Assembly: GCA_039630545.1 (NCBI GenBank)
Contig: JBCNUU010000013.1
Coordinates: 1-31,617 of the forward strand
DNA from: Endomicrobiia bacterium
Lineage (GTDB): Bacteria > Elusimicrobiota > Endomicrobiia > DTEH01
Direction of reading: 5' to 3'
Length of the DNA: 31,617 nucleotides
Position numbers and translations under genes: made by a program. Shown one piece after another: positions 9,366-19,126 of this stretch. Below the pieces are notes generated by a model. That model was not told the DNA's origin and did no database searches. It worked only from the letters and a program-made list of their open reading frames with translations. The first letter of the stretch is position 1; each line of letters opens with the position of its first letter.

Positions 9366-11268
9366 CCATATAAACTAAATATATACCACTTTTGACATAA
9401 TTTCCAAACATATCTTTACCATCCCATGTTATGCTTCCATTTGTTATATTTCTATAAGTTGTATAATCACCATTATGGAGTTTGTCTTTTTCTAAAAGTT
9501 TTATTATCTCATAACCTGCCAGATCATACACTATAATACTTTTTTCTGCTTTTTCATCTGGAATATTAAAGTTAATTTTCACAAAATTATTGTTTTTATC
9601 TTCCGGACTAAATGGATTTGTAGCCTTATCAATCTCCAATATTTTATGCGTAAAAGATATGATCTTTTTGTAACCATACCCTTTTGTTTGATTTTTAGAA
9701 AAAAACCAGTCCGAGATGGAATTTGTGTCATTAGGAAGACCTTGTTGATTTCTTACTCTTTCTATGCTACATTTATTATATTTTTCATGCAAAGACCAAT
9801 CTACTAATGAATTCTGGATTTCTCTTTCATCAACAACATTCTCAAACTGTGGACCCTCTTTCCACATTTTACTGTTTTTGAATTTACTGTAAGCTAAAAG
9901 AGCATTTTTTGAAATACTACCGTCTCTATTAGACCATCCAACAGCATCTATAAAATTCCCATATTGATCTACTATGTAAAGAAAACCCTCTGTGTTATAT
10001 AGATTTACATTTGAGGAAGAGTGTAGTATAACTAAATTATCTTTTTCCTCATCTATATCAACTGAGTTAAGATTTACTATTATAAATTCTCCAGCGTAAT
10101 AAAGCCTCTCTGGTAATTTTTTAATTTTATACTCCGGATATCCACTCAAAATTTCCCAACCTCCGTATCTACCATTCTCTAAAACAAAAATCTCTATCCA
10201 ATCTTTACCATCTGGTTCATTTATAGCAACTTCAGTAAGCAAAAGTGGTGGTTCTTTTATTTTAAAATTTTTACTTTTTAGATACAAAAATTCTTTATAA
10301 AACCTCTCGCAAATGCGTTTTGATTCTATAACCATTAAATTCTCATAATTACCTTCTGGCATCAAACCAGAATAAGTCAAATTAGCTGATCCACAAATCA
10401 CAAAAGGATCTTGTTGTTGAATATTTAAGATACAAAATTTATTATGCATTACTCCTTCCCCATATACAGTCAAATTTTTATCAAACTCTACATTTATTTC
10501 TGTGTTTCTCAGTGCCTGATAAGAATAAAAATTTTCTTCCTCATCATCTAAAACACCTTCAATTACAACCATCTGATTTTTCATTTTTTTAAATATTTCA
10601 ACAAATTCAGAAAGTGTAAAAAATGTATAGGCAAAATATATACTTGAAACTTTTGGAATTTCCAAATGTATATCGTAAAGCAAATCAAGTACTTTATCCT
10701 TAAGAGGTGGATTACTTTGGAATGGATTAAAATATACCGTAATTTTGGTGTTGTCTGGTAAAGACACTTTTTTGCCATTAAAATCCTCTAAAGAAATATT
10801 TTCACCCCAGATATACAGGAATGCTTTTTCATAGATCTCTGCAAGCTCTTTTGAAAAAATTTCAACTGCAAAGTTATCTTGCTTATATGTAGCTGCTACT
10901 GTAAAATTATAAGATCCACTCCAAACTTTTGAACTTTTTAAAATTATAAATTTATTGTGCATTATTTTACCTGATGAAATTTTTTTGCGTTCAAAATTAC
11001 TTTTAAAAATGTCCAGGGATGTATTTTCATCAAAAATTCCATATACTTTTACTCCTCTTCTTACAGCTTCATCTATTGAAGAAGCTATAGTTGAGTGATC
11101 AATTTGATAAGCACAGATATAAATTGTATCTCCTAAATTTGAAGAATCAACAAATTCTTTTAAAGCAATATCAATTTGTTTTTCTCCTTCTCTAGAGGGA
11201 GAAAAGTATAAATTTATATAATTGGAATACACTTCTACTGAAAGAAAAAAAAGAAAAAATAAAAACAT
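9298..11268 (-). CDS. Secreted phospholipase D-family (Nuc-like) nuclease with lamin-tail domain and T9SS/FlgD-like C-terminal domain
   Basis: Signal peptide; two HxK...GSxN motifs (MHNKFIILK..WSGSYNFT and MHNKFCILN..CGSANLT); LTD (LLTEV..DWIEI..IDAVGW..SIER); CTD (NPFSP..IVYDLAG..WDGKD..G..VKSGIYLV..VVV). Confidence 0.8.
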   Translation of the reverse strand: MFLFFLFFLSVEVYSNYINLYFSPSREGEKQIDIALKEFVDSSNLGDTIYICAYQIDHSTIASSIDEAVRRGVKVYGIFDENTSLDIFKSNFERKKISSGKIMHNKFIILKSSKVWSGSYNFTVAATYKQDNFAVEIFSKELAEIYEKAFLYIWGENISLEDFNGKKVSLPDNTKITVYFNPFQSNPPLKDKVLDLLYDIHLEIPKVSSIYFAYTFFTLSEFVEIFKKMKNQMVVIEGVLDDEEENFYSYQALRNTEINVEFDKNLTVYGEGVMHNKFCILNIQQQDPFVICGSANLTYSGLMPEGNYENLMVIESKRICERFYKEFLYLKSKNFKIKEPPLLLTEVAINEPDGKDWIEIFVLENGRYGGWEILSGYPEYKIKKLPERLYYAGEFIIVNLNSVDIDEEKDNLVILHSSSNVNLYNTEGFLYIVDQYGNFIDAVGWSNRDGSISKNALLAYSKFKNSKMWKEGPQFENVVDEREIQNSLVDWSLHEKYNKCSIERVRNQQGLPNDTNSISDWFFSKNQTKGYGYKKIISFTHKILEIDKATNPFSPEDKNNNFVKINFNIPDEKAEKSIIVYDLAGYEIIKLLEKDKLHNGDYTTYRNITNGSITWDGKDMFGNYVKSGIYLVYMDAYNPQNANRYVSKDVVVVFRK

Positions 11269-11291
11269 TTAAAATTCCTTTCTTTTTAAAA

Positions 11292-14200
11292 TTACTTAAC
11301 TACAACGATATAACCATATTTTCTGATATTTTCGAAAGTATATATGCTATAAATATAAACTCCTGATTCTAAAAAATTACCATTTTTATCTTTCATAGAC
11401 CAGATTATTATTGATGAATTATTATTTTCTTTACTAAAAATTTTTTTTCCTCTTGTATCAAAAATTTCCAGTTTTTTTGCATTTTCAAAAATTATATCAG
11501 GATTATATGGATTCACATAATAATTTATGTTTTCAAATTTATAACCACTTAGAACTCTATACCATCCAGTATCCGGAAATCTTAGAGTATTTATACCATC
11601 AGAGATTTCAAGGTAGTACTCAAATCCTGAATTTCTGTGAGAATTATCAAGTTCAAAAATAAGATAACCTTCAAATTCATTACTGTTAAATTTTTTAGTT
11701 TCTATCAAAATTTCTTTTTCATTATTAGAATTTATTGCTCTAAATTTTCCTTTTATATAAACAATCTGTCCTTGCTTGTCTCCTAAATTAACTTTATCAT
11801 CTTCTAGTTTTATTTCTAACTTTAATAAATTTTTTAAAATATCCTCTGGTGTAAAATTCTGTAAAAAAACTATTCTTGGAGAAAGTAAATCTATTGGAAC
11901 TTTTATTACTTCAGAAGGTTCACTTTCAAAATTTTGTTTATCTAACTTACAGACATAGTAGTAATATTCTTTAACCGGTAAAATCTCGTAATCTTCATAA
12001 AATGTTTTTTCAGAAAATCCTGTTAAGTAAAAATTTAAACTGTCAGTAGACCGATAGATGTTATAACCCATTACTTCTTCTTGAAAATCATCTTCCCAGT
12101 AGATATATATTTTGTTCTTTGAATAAGAAAATTTTAAATTATAAACCGAATTAAAAAATGGCATAGCACAGAATACCTTAAAGTATGTACTCACTAACAC
12201 ATCTTTATCAGAAAATCCTCCGTCTTGACTTAAAACAGCAAAATAATAGGTGGTATTGTTTTCCAAATTATAAATTATAACCTCATTTAATGGGTAACTA
12301 ACAGATGAAACAAAATTAGCATCATATATTGTTTTAAAATTAACTGTTGAAATAAAAACAAGATATTTAACTACATCATAACTTTCAGGATGTTCCCATG
12401 TTATTTTAATTTTTCTGTTTAAATTAGTTATATTTAGCTTTTCTACCGGAGGAGGAGGCAAATCTTGAAGATACACAAAGTTAGAGGTATTTATATTTAA
12501 TTCTTTAGATTTTATCCATACTCTCCAGCTGTTGTTTATATCTTTAAATATTACTGCAAAATAATAAGTAACCGATGGTTCTAAATTTTCCACATACCAT
12601 ATGATATTTCCAGAATGAGTTGTAAATTCAAGATTAAAACTATCATTTTCATTAAAACTTATAAAATCGTAGGTTGAATATTTCACTCTATATTCTAATT
12701 GATCTTTTAAACTGTCAACTGTCCATGAAAGTTTTACCTGACCTTCTTTCTGTGTAGAATCTACCTTTAAGCTAGTAATTCCATATATGTAAAAATTTGA
12801 ATTTCTTGGATCTCTGAAGGAAACAGTAAAATCATTATAGTTGTTATCAGTGTCAACATAAAAACCATTTCTGTCTTTTTTCCTTATTACGCTGTTATTA
12901 TTAGGTTCGGAACCACAGCTTACGGATGTAAGTTTCCCTTCTGCTAACTCATTAGATGTGCCTCCATCTTTTTCATATATTACTTTGTCAATTTCTTTTC
13001 CTGATTTATCAAGTATTCTTAAACCTCTTGGCTTATCTTTTTCTCCATCAGCTAAATTAAGATAACTTTTATGATATAAATCAGCTTGAGTAGTTTTAAA
13101 ATATTCCGATGAAGAAGATATAAGATAAAAAGAAAATGGCTTAATTTTTGTTCCCTCTGAAATTATTATTTTACTTACCCATGAATTTCCATCCCAGTAT
13201 TCCAACTTAAAACCGCTTATGTCTATCTCTTTATCCAACCTGTTCCACAGTTCCACAAATTCATCATAAGCAGAATACATACCCCTTGTAGCAAATTGCG
13301 AAATTATTGGCGAAACAATTTTTAATGTTCTGGTTGAAACAACACTGCTAAAATCTGCTGGGATGTTATCTTTGTTAAAAGATCTTATTTTTATCCAATA
13401 GGTAGTATCTGACAATAGATTTTTAATCAAAATTTTGTTCATAACCGTATATGTTGAAAAAGAAGAATAAAAATTATCTGTGGAAATTAAAATTTCATAT
13501 TTTGTGTAATCTGGGTTACCATTGGGATCAAAATAAATTGATAAAGCATCGTATGAAACATCTTCTATTCTTATATCTCTAACTGGATTTGTTAAAGTAC
13601 AAACAGAAACAGTTTTTGATTTTATTCCTTCAGAAAAATTATATGCGACAATATATCTTTCATAAATTGTATTTATATCTAAATTTGTCTCTATGTAGAA
13701 AGTTAAAGAAGGTAAAACCTCTCCAATAAGTTTTTTAGTTTTTGCACAATAAATCTTAAAATTTTCTACTTCCTGATTTTTATTCCAAAACCATTTTATA
13801 GAACAGCTACTTATTGCTTCTCCAAAAAATTCTGGAGGAGAAGGCGGCGTATAAACATATATATCACAAAAGCTATTGTAGTTTATTTTGTTGTCTTTAT
13901 TAAGAGAATAAATCCTATAATAATACCTACTGTTATGAAGAACTTCTTTATGAATGTAGAAAGTTGTATGCGCTTCTAAGACGCATAGTGTAGAAAATTC
14001 ATTACTATATGTATCAGTGGAATACAATAAAAGATACTTTTCTGCATAGGAAGCATCCCAGCTTAACTTTATTAAAATTTTCTCATTCTCCTGCAGACAT
14101 TCGGCTTTAATAGATCTGGGAGCCAAAGAATAAGTACACACTTGATAAGGTTTACTCCAAAAAGAATTTTCTTTAGTTTTTATTTCTATAAATCTTGTAT

Positions 14201-15314
14201 AGATTGTATTTGGAGATAAACCTGTCTCATGCCACGAAACTATCCCACCTTTCTCATAAAGTGGACCTAAATTAAACGACAATCTTGAAGTTATATCTGT
14301 GGAAGACGAAATATAAATTTCATCTTCTATCAAAGAGTTGTCCTTTATTGTCCATCTTATATGTCCTGTTGAAACTTCAATACTCCCATCAAGCCACTCA
14401 GGAAGGTTTACAGGGAAGTACAAAACAGCTAAATTTGAACATAAAGAAAAATTATCTGAATTATCTTTTGTCCATATACAGAAATAATAAGTCGTATTTT
14501 CTTTTGGTATTTCATTAAACTCATAAATTTGTTTCTGTAAAGCAGCCACAGCATATGTTGAAATTATAACATTTGCATTATGTGTTGAGGATATCATCTG
14601 GTAGGTTTCTATGAAAGATGTTGTGTACTTTATAATATATTCGCTGTTAAATAAAAGTTCTCCAGTATAAAAATCATTTCCAGGTGAAGTCCAGTTTAAA
14701 AAGATCCTGTTGTCTTTTATAAAAGCAATTAAATCAGAAACAAAACCAGGGGGTGTTGAATCTTTAATAAAATATGCATCATCAAAGAATACTTCAAAGT
14801 TAGCATATGAAGTTAAATTTTTAACAACCAGATGAACTTTCAGTTTCGTTATTCCTGACGGTATTGTGGTGGAGGCTGATAATTGTTGCCAGTAAAGATT
14901 ATTTGAAAAAGTAGCTGTAGACATGTAAGATCTTAACTGCCAATTTTCGTTCCAGCTAAGGTTTGTAGATTTTAAAGCAATACCTGCAGGAATTTCTAAC
15001 TGATTGTATTTAAAAACTTTAACACCATAATTATATGTGTAAAATGGTTTTACTTCTACATCCTGATATATAAAAAAATTTCTACCTGACGAAGTTACAT
15101 TATATGAAGATATCTTTAATGAAAAAGAACCTGTCGAAAATTTTTCAGTTGAAGTGCATACATAAAAACTCCAACCTGGAATTTTCCAACTTACAGGGAC
15201 AACTCCAGATGCATTATCTTCTTCAAAGCTGGGATTTTTAATGAGAGAAAAAGAATAAGAAACACATATCAAAAATAAAAAAATAAGACCTCTATAATTA
15301 AAATTGACATGCAT
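11292..15314 (-). CDS. Large secreted surface protein: CBM4/9-like domain, multiple FN3 repeats, lamin-tail domain, T9SS/FlgD-like CTD
   Basis: Signal peptide; NPSFEE...VFFDD (CBM-like); repeated L.W...Y.I...L...TTY.F.V FN3 patterns; IISQF..DEFVELWN..IDISGFKL..DTDNN..DF (LTD); IFDTRG..W.MKDKNG..LESGVYIY..IVVVK (CTD). Confidence 0.8.
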   Translation of the reverse strand: MHVNFNYRGLIFLFLICVSYSFSLIKNPSFEEDNASGVVPVSWKIPGWSFYVCTSTEKFSTGSFSLKISSYNVTSSGRNFFIYQDVEVKPFYTYNYGVKVFKYNQLEIPAGIALKSTNLSWNENWQLRSYMSTATFSNNLYWQQLSASTTIPSGITKLKVHLVVKNLTSYANFEVFFDDAYFIKDSTPPGFVSDLIAFIKDNRIFLNWTSPGNDFYTGELLFNSEYIIKYTTSFIETYQMISSTHNANVIISTYAVAALQKQIYEFNEIPKENTTYYFCIWTKDNSDNFSLCSNLAVLYFPVNLPEWLDGSIEVSTGHIRWTIKDNSLIEDEIYISSSTDITSRLSFNLGPLYEKGGIVSWHETGLSPNTIYTRFIEIKTKENSFWSKPYQVCTYSLAPRSIKAECLQENEKILIKLSWDASYAEKYLLLYSTDTYSNEFSTLCVLEAHTTFYIHKEVLHNSRYYYRIYSLNKDNKINYNSFCDIYVYTPPSPPEFFGEAISSCSIKWFWNKNQEVENFKIYCAKTKKLIGEVLPSLTFYIETNLDINTIYERYIVAYNFSEGIKSKTVSVCTLTNPVRDIRIEDVSYDALSIYFDPNGNPDYTKYEILISTDNFYSSFSTYTVMNKILIKNLLSDTTYWIKIRSFNKDNIPADFSSVVSTRTLKIVSPIISQFATRGMYSAYDEFVELWNRLDKEIDISGFKLEYWDGNSWVSKIIISEGTKIKPFSFYLISSSSEYFKTTQADLYHKSYLNLADGEKDKPRGLRILDKSGKEIDKVIYEKDGGTSNELAEGKLTSVSCGSEPNNNSVIRKKDRNGFYVDTDNNYNDFTVSFRDPRNSNFYIYGITSLKVDSTQKEGQVKLSWTVDSLKDQLEYRVKYSTYDFISFNENDSFNLEFTTHSGNIIWYVENLEPSVTYYFAVIFKDINNSWRVWIKSKELNINTSNFVYLQDLPPPPVEKLNITNLNRKIKITWEHPESYDVVKYLVFISTVNFKTIYDANFVSSVSYPLNEVIIYNLENNTTYYFAVLSQDGGFSDKDVLVSTYFKVFCAMPFFNSVYNLKFSYSKNKIYIYWEDDFQEEVMGYNIYRSTDSLNFYLTGFSEKTFYEDYEILPVKEYYYYVCKLDKQNFESEPSEVIKVPIDLLSPRIVFLQNFTPEDILKNLLKLEIKLEDDKVNLGDKQGQIVYIKGKFRAINSNNEKEILIETKKFNSNEFEGYLIFELDNSHRNSGFEYYLEISDGINTLRFPDTGWYRVLSGYKFENINYYVNPYNPDIIFENAKKLEIFDTRGKKIFSKENNNSSIIIWSMKDKNGNFLESGVYIYSIYTFENIRKYGYIVVVK

Positions 15315-15392
15315 AGTTTTTATTTTGATTTTAATAAAGAAATTTTAATTAAAGCTATCCACAGATATAAATAAGGAAAGAACAAATAATAA

Positions 15393-15469
15393 AAAGGTCA
15401 GGGGACAAACTACAACTTCACCTTTCTAAAGCCTTCCCGGCTTATGGGTTGGGTTGTCCCCTGACCTTT
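15393..15469 (-). promoter_or_regulatory. Structured leader / attenuator-like element upstream of the 1340-aa gene
   Basis: Perfect 16-bp inverted repeat (15393-15408 / 15454-15469) around a 45-nt loop that contains an inner AAGCC-GGGAA-GGCTT hairpin; followed by a T-rich tract on the - strand. Confidence 0.6.
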
Positions 15470-15534
15470 AAATCCTACCTGTGTTTTTTTCATATTATGA
15501 AATACACAAAAAATATAAAAATGTCAACTAAAAA

Positions 15535-15936
15535 TTATTCTTTAACTATCTCTGCAACTTTATCTACATAATCCGGTGCTTCAACATATACTATTATTTT
15601 TGTCTTTTCAATAGAAGCAAGATAATTTTTAGCAACTACACTGCTTCCATTTATCCAGTAAATTTCCAGATCCAAATATGTATTTTTATTATAAAAAGTT
15701 GGTTTTCTTTTTTCAGGAAAAACAAATAGCATTCCATCGGCATTCTTTAGATTTCTTTTATGCATCAAACCTTTGGCCCACTTCTTAGGTGTATCTGCCA
15801 GAAGGAGTTTGTATATTTTTCCTTCTATTTCGTAATCTATTATTTTGTAATCTTCTTTTTTTAACAAAAAAAGAAAAAGTCCTGCAACTCCAAATAAGAT
15901 TATCAATAATACTTTGAAAAATTTAAATGATTGCAT
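15535..15936 (-). CDS. DUF192 family protein
   Basis: LADTPKKWAKGLM.R...GMLFVF...FYNKNT.LDL pattern; N-terminal TM/signal segment. Confidence 0.9.
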   Translation of the reverse strand: MQSFKFFKVLLIILFGVAGLFLFLLKKEDYKIIDYEIEGKIYKLLLADTPKKWAKGLMHKRNLKNADGMLFVFPEKRKPTFYNKNTYLDLEIYWINGSSVVAKNYLASIEKTKIIVYVEAPDYVDKVAEIVKE

Positions 15937-17411
15937 AAATTTTAAAAATTTTACATTTTTCTAACAACCTAATGAGATTTACAGCAACTCCACTTTAAGG
16001 AACAAAATAAAATTTCTAAAATAAAAACGTTATTAATCTAAGAAAAAGATTTTTCTATTCATTAATTGAACAAATAAAAAAATCCTTTCTTATAATATTG
16101 TTTTATCTAAAATTATTAAACAATAAAAAATTATATTGCAACTTTCAATAATAAATTTACATTAAAAATACAGATATCCAACAAAATTAAAAGATACTTT
16201 CTGTTATTTAAAATTTCTATATCAAACAAAATATCATCCAATTGGGCATAGCAATTGTAGGTGGCAGTTTTAATGATGAAAAAAACAAAAGATGTTCTGC
16301 TAAATACCAATCAAATAAAATTCTAGAAATCCAAATTCAACCAATAAAATCTCTAATAAAAAGAAAAAATTGTGACATTTTATCTTTAATTTTAAAAATC
16401 TTAAAAAACAAACACATTTTTGAAAAAACAAAAGAAATTCTGCTTAATATAGACGATAGCTTCTGATGAAAGATTTCTTTTTAGCTTTTTTATTTGAGAA
16501 TATAGACATTAAAAATTTGTCTATTTCAAGTAACCAGATATAAAAATATAGAGTTCTTTTGCCAGTTCTGGCTAAGTGATATCAAACTGGAAAAGAATTG
16601 AAATGTTTAAAATTAAAACCTACTACAATAAATTGCTTTGATGTCGTATGATAATACCAAAATACATTCCAGAATTGAAATGAATTTTACACTCAAAAAA
16701 CAAAAGGGTTATTAAAACAAAATTATAAGATTATAAAAAATAAAAAGTTGTTAAGTAAACATTAAATAGTTTAGAAAAGACTATAAAAAATGACGAGCTT
16801 AAAACATTAATTTATAGTTTTAATAAGATGATACAGAAACTTATTAACAAAAAAAGAAATGAATAAAAGAATTTTGATATTTTTAATGTTTATTAATTTA
16901 CAGCATCAATTATTATTCAAGAATATACAAAAATAGTGTTTATTTCTAAAGAAGAATGTCATTATATAGTCACAAAATAAAGATTTTTACCTTCTAAATA
17001 ACATCAACAAAAAGTTATAATAGAAGCTTTTTACAGATAAAACCGAAATTACAAACAAAGATTTATAGATGCCCCGAATGTCCAAGTACCATCTGTTATT
17101 GAAAAAATACTCATCAAAAAGAAGAATATGAGTATCCTGTTATAGATGCATTTTTGGGCTGACACATAACCGTATGCAAAATTTGGAAAAAAACCTTTCT
17201 CTATAGAAGGTGAAAGAGAAAAAACTACTAAAGGAGACAGGATCAAAATCTTTCTATAGGGAGTTCTCTAGGAAACAAACAATACTAATGTTGTAAAAGA
17301 CAGTTCTTACATTACCTAAAATTTTTGCTTTACTTATTACAAAAATGCTTTATTTAAAACAATTAAAACTATTCTATGTCGGATTCAAGTGTACAAAAGA
17401 TAATAAATAAA

Positions 17412-17446
17412 GACACTTAAAAGAGGACTAACAATCCTCTTGTGTC
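17412..17446 (-). terminator. Probable intrinsic terminator of the glutamate-synthase-family gene
   Basis: - strand GACACAAGAGGA-TTGTTAG-TCCTCTT(TTAA)GTGTC, then a T-rich tract; ~18 nt after the stop codon. Confidence 0.6.
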
Positions 17447-17463
17447 AAAACTTCACAAAAAAC

Positions 17464-19122
17464 TTAAGAATTTAAAATCTCTTTTGCTACATCATCTTCA
17501 GCTTCAGTAATGAAAGGAATACCGGTAACCTCTTCTGTTTCACGATTTGCTGAAAACAAATCATCTCTGGATATTTCAGAAAGGGAGAATTTCCTTGCAC
17601 CAGCCATAAACTGCTGTAGACCAGCTTTAAGTTTATCACATAAAGTATACACAGCTATAGCACCAAAAGGAATATTTTTCATTTCATCTTTTCCAACCTT
17701 CTTTTCAACATCATAGTAACAAGCAAATATTTCTTCTGGTTTTGAACCAAATTGAGAAACAGACGCAGGAAGTTTGTCCCAGTTGCCATGAACTTTTTCT
17801 TTGTTTTCTGGTTTTAAAACACCCTCTATGTTTGAACCTAAAAATCCTGGTATCATCACAGCTCTTCCCATACAGACAAGTTTTACATAAGGAGCACCGA
17901 GTGCTATAGCTTTAAATATATGATCCTCTTTTGCAAAACCACCTCCAAATGACATGTCTACAACTTTTTTATTTTTCTTTGATCTTTTATATTTCTTTTC
18001 TAAAATTGTAGCATATTCATAAGCTTTTGAATGTAGATAAATTGAAGGGACTCCCCATGCTTCCATCATATTCCATGGACTCATACCTGTTCCACCACCT
18101 GCTCCGTCAATAGTAAGAAGATCAAGTTCAGCATCAGAAGCTAATTTTATAGCTATAGCAAGAGCTTCCATACCATAAGCACCTGTTTTCAATGTAATTC
18201 TTTTAAACCCAAGTTTTCTTAATCTTTCAACTTCTTTCATAAAAGCATCTCTTACCTGTTTCCAACTAGAAAGCGAAGTATAACCCAACCTACTGTGTCT
18301 GGCAATACTCTTTATGGCACCTGACTTAAATGCCTCCTCCACTTCTGGTTTATCAGGATCAGGATCTACAACATATCCTCTTTTTTTCAAAAGTTTTGCA
18401 TACTCAAGATCTGTGACCTGTATTTCTCCACCAATGTCTTTTGCACCTTGTCCCCATTTTAGTTCTATGATTACTTTATCTCCATATTTGTCAATAATAT
18501 ACTCTGCAACACCATTTCTTGTATCTTCCACATTCATCTGAACAATGATTGCTCCATAACCATCATAATATCTTAAGAATGTTTGAATTCTTCTGTCTAA
18601 TTCAGGAGCTTTCACTACTTTTCCATTTTTAAATTCTGCTTTTTTATCAACACCTACTACATTTTCTCCTACCACTATTGGAAAACCAACCAAAGCTGCT
18701 CCCACTGCAAATGATTCCCAGTATTTCGCTGCAATAAAAGTTGATCCCAAAGCTCCTGTCATTATGGGAATTCTTGCTTTAGTTTTTACTTTGTTCCCAA
18801 ACTGTGTTTCCACATCCACATTTGGAAAAATGCAATCATCTTCAGAGTTTGTTAGACCTTTTGGAAGACCTTTTGCTCCATAGAGTCTACCGCGAATTCT
18901 TAAGGAATTATATGCTACACCAACATGGATGGTATTTGCACTTCCTGAGGTAATAAAACCAAAATCTCTTGGATACAACATTTTTCTTCCTCTCAATGAA
19001 GAAAGCCAAGTTTCACATTTACCCGCACAGTCTGCCATACACAAAGTACAAAGTCCGGACTCGCAAGGATTTCCCCGGTTAACAGTACCTAATGCATCGT
19101 TTGTTTTTCTAAACTCTATCAT
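17464..19122 (-). CDS. Stand-alone FMN-binding glutamate synthase family protein
   Basis: ELKWGQGAK, TIDGAGGGTGMSP, GGF...IFKAIALGA.YV..GR, N-terminal Cys cluster CESGLCTLCMADCAGKC; AGGAGG SD. Confidence 0.9.
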   Translation of the reverse strand: MIEFRKTNDALGTVNRGNPCESGLCTLCMADCAGKCETWLSSLRGRKMLYPRDFGFITSGSANTIHVGVAYNSLRIRGRLYGAKGLPKGLTNSEDDCIFPNVDVETQFGNKVKTKARIPIMTGALGSTFIAAKYWESFAVGAALVGFPIVVGENVVGVDKKAEFKNGKVVKAPELDRRIQTFLRYYDGYGAIIVQMNVEDTRNGVAEYIIDKYGDKVIIELKWGQGAKDIGGEIQVTDLEYAKLLKKRGYVVDPDPDKPEVEEAFKSGAIKSIARHSRLGYTSLSSWKQVRDAFMKEVERLRKLGFKRITLKTGAYGMEALAIAIKLASDAELDLLTIDGAGGGTGMSPWNMMEAWGVPSIYLHSKAYEYATILEKKYKRSKKNKKVVDMSFGGGFAKEDHIFKAIALGAPYVKLVCMGRAVMIPGFLGSNIEGVLKPENKEKVHGNWDKLPASVSQFGSKPEEIFACYYDVEKKVGKDEMKNIPFGAIAVYTLCDKLKAGLQQFMAGARKFSLSEISRDDLFSANRETEEVTGIPFITEAEDDVAKEILNS

Positions 19123-19126
19123 GGTT

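Noticed and set aside
15393..15469. SRP RNA or c-di-GMP-I riboswitch
   Set aside because: No CAGG-N-GGAA-N-AGCAG SRP core, and no GNRA/receptor plus GACGCAAAGC-type arrangement of c-di-GMP-I.
16594..16682. Two copies of AGAATTGAAATG 77 nt apart, resembling CRISPR repeat 3' ends
   Set aside because: Only two copies, similarity limited to 12 nt of AT-rich sequence, no third unit at the expected spacing and no cas genes.
16242..17246. Short ORFs 16242-16466 (+) and 17049-17246 (-) as real genes
   Set aside because: TTG starts, no SD, no motifs; more likely fragments or chance.
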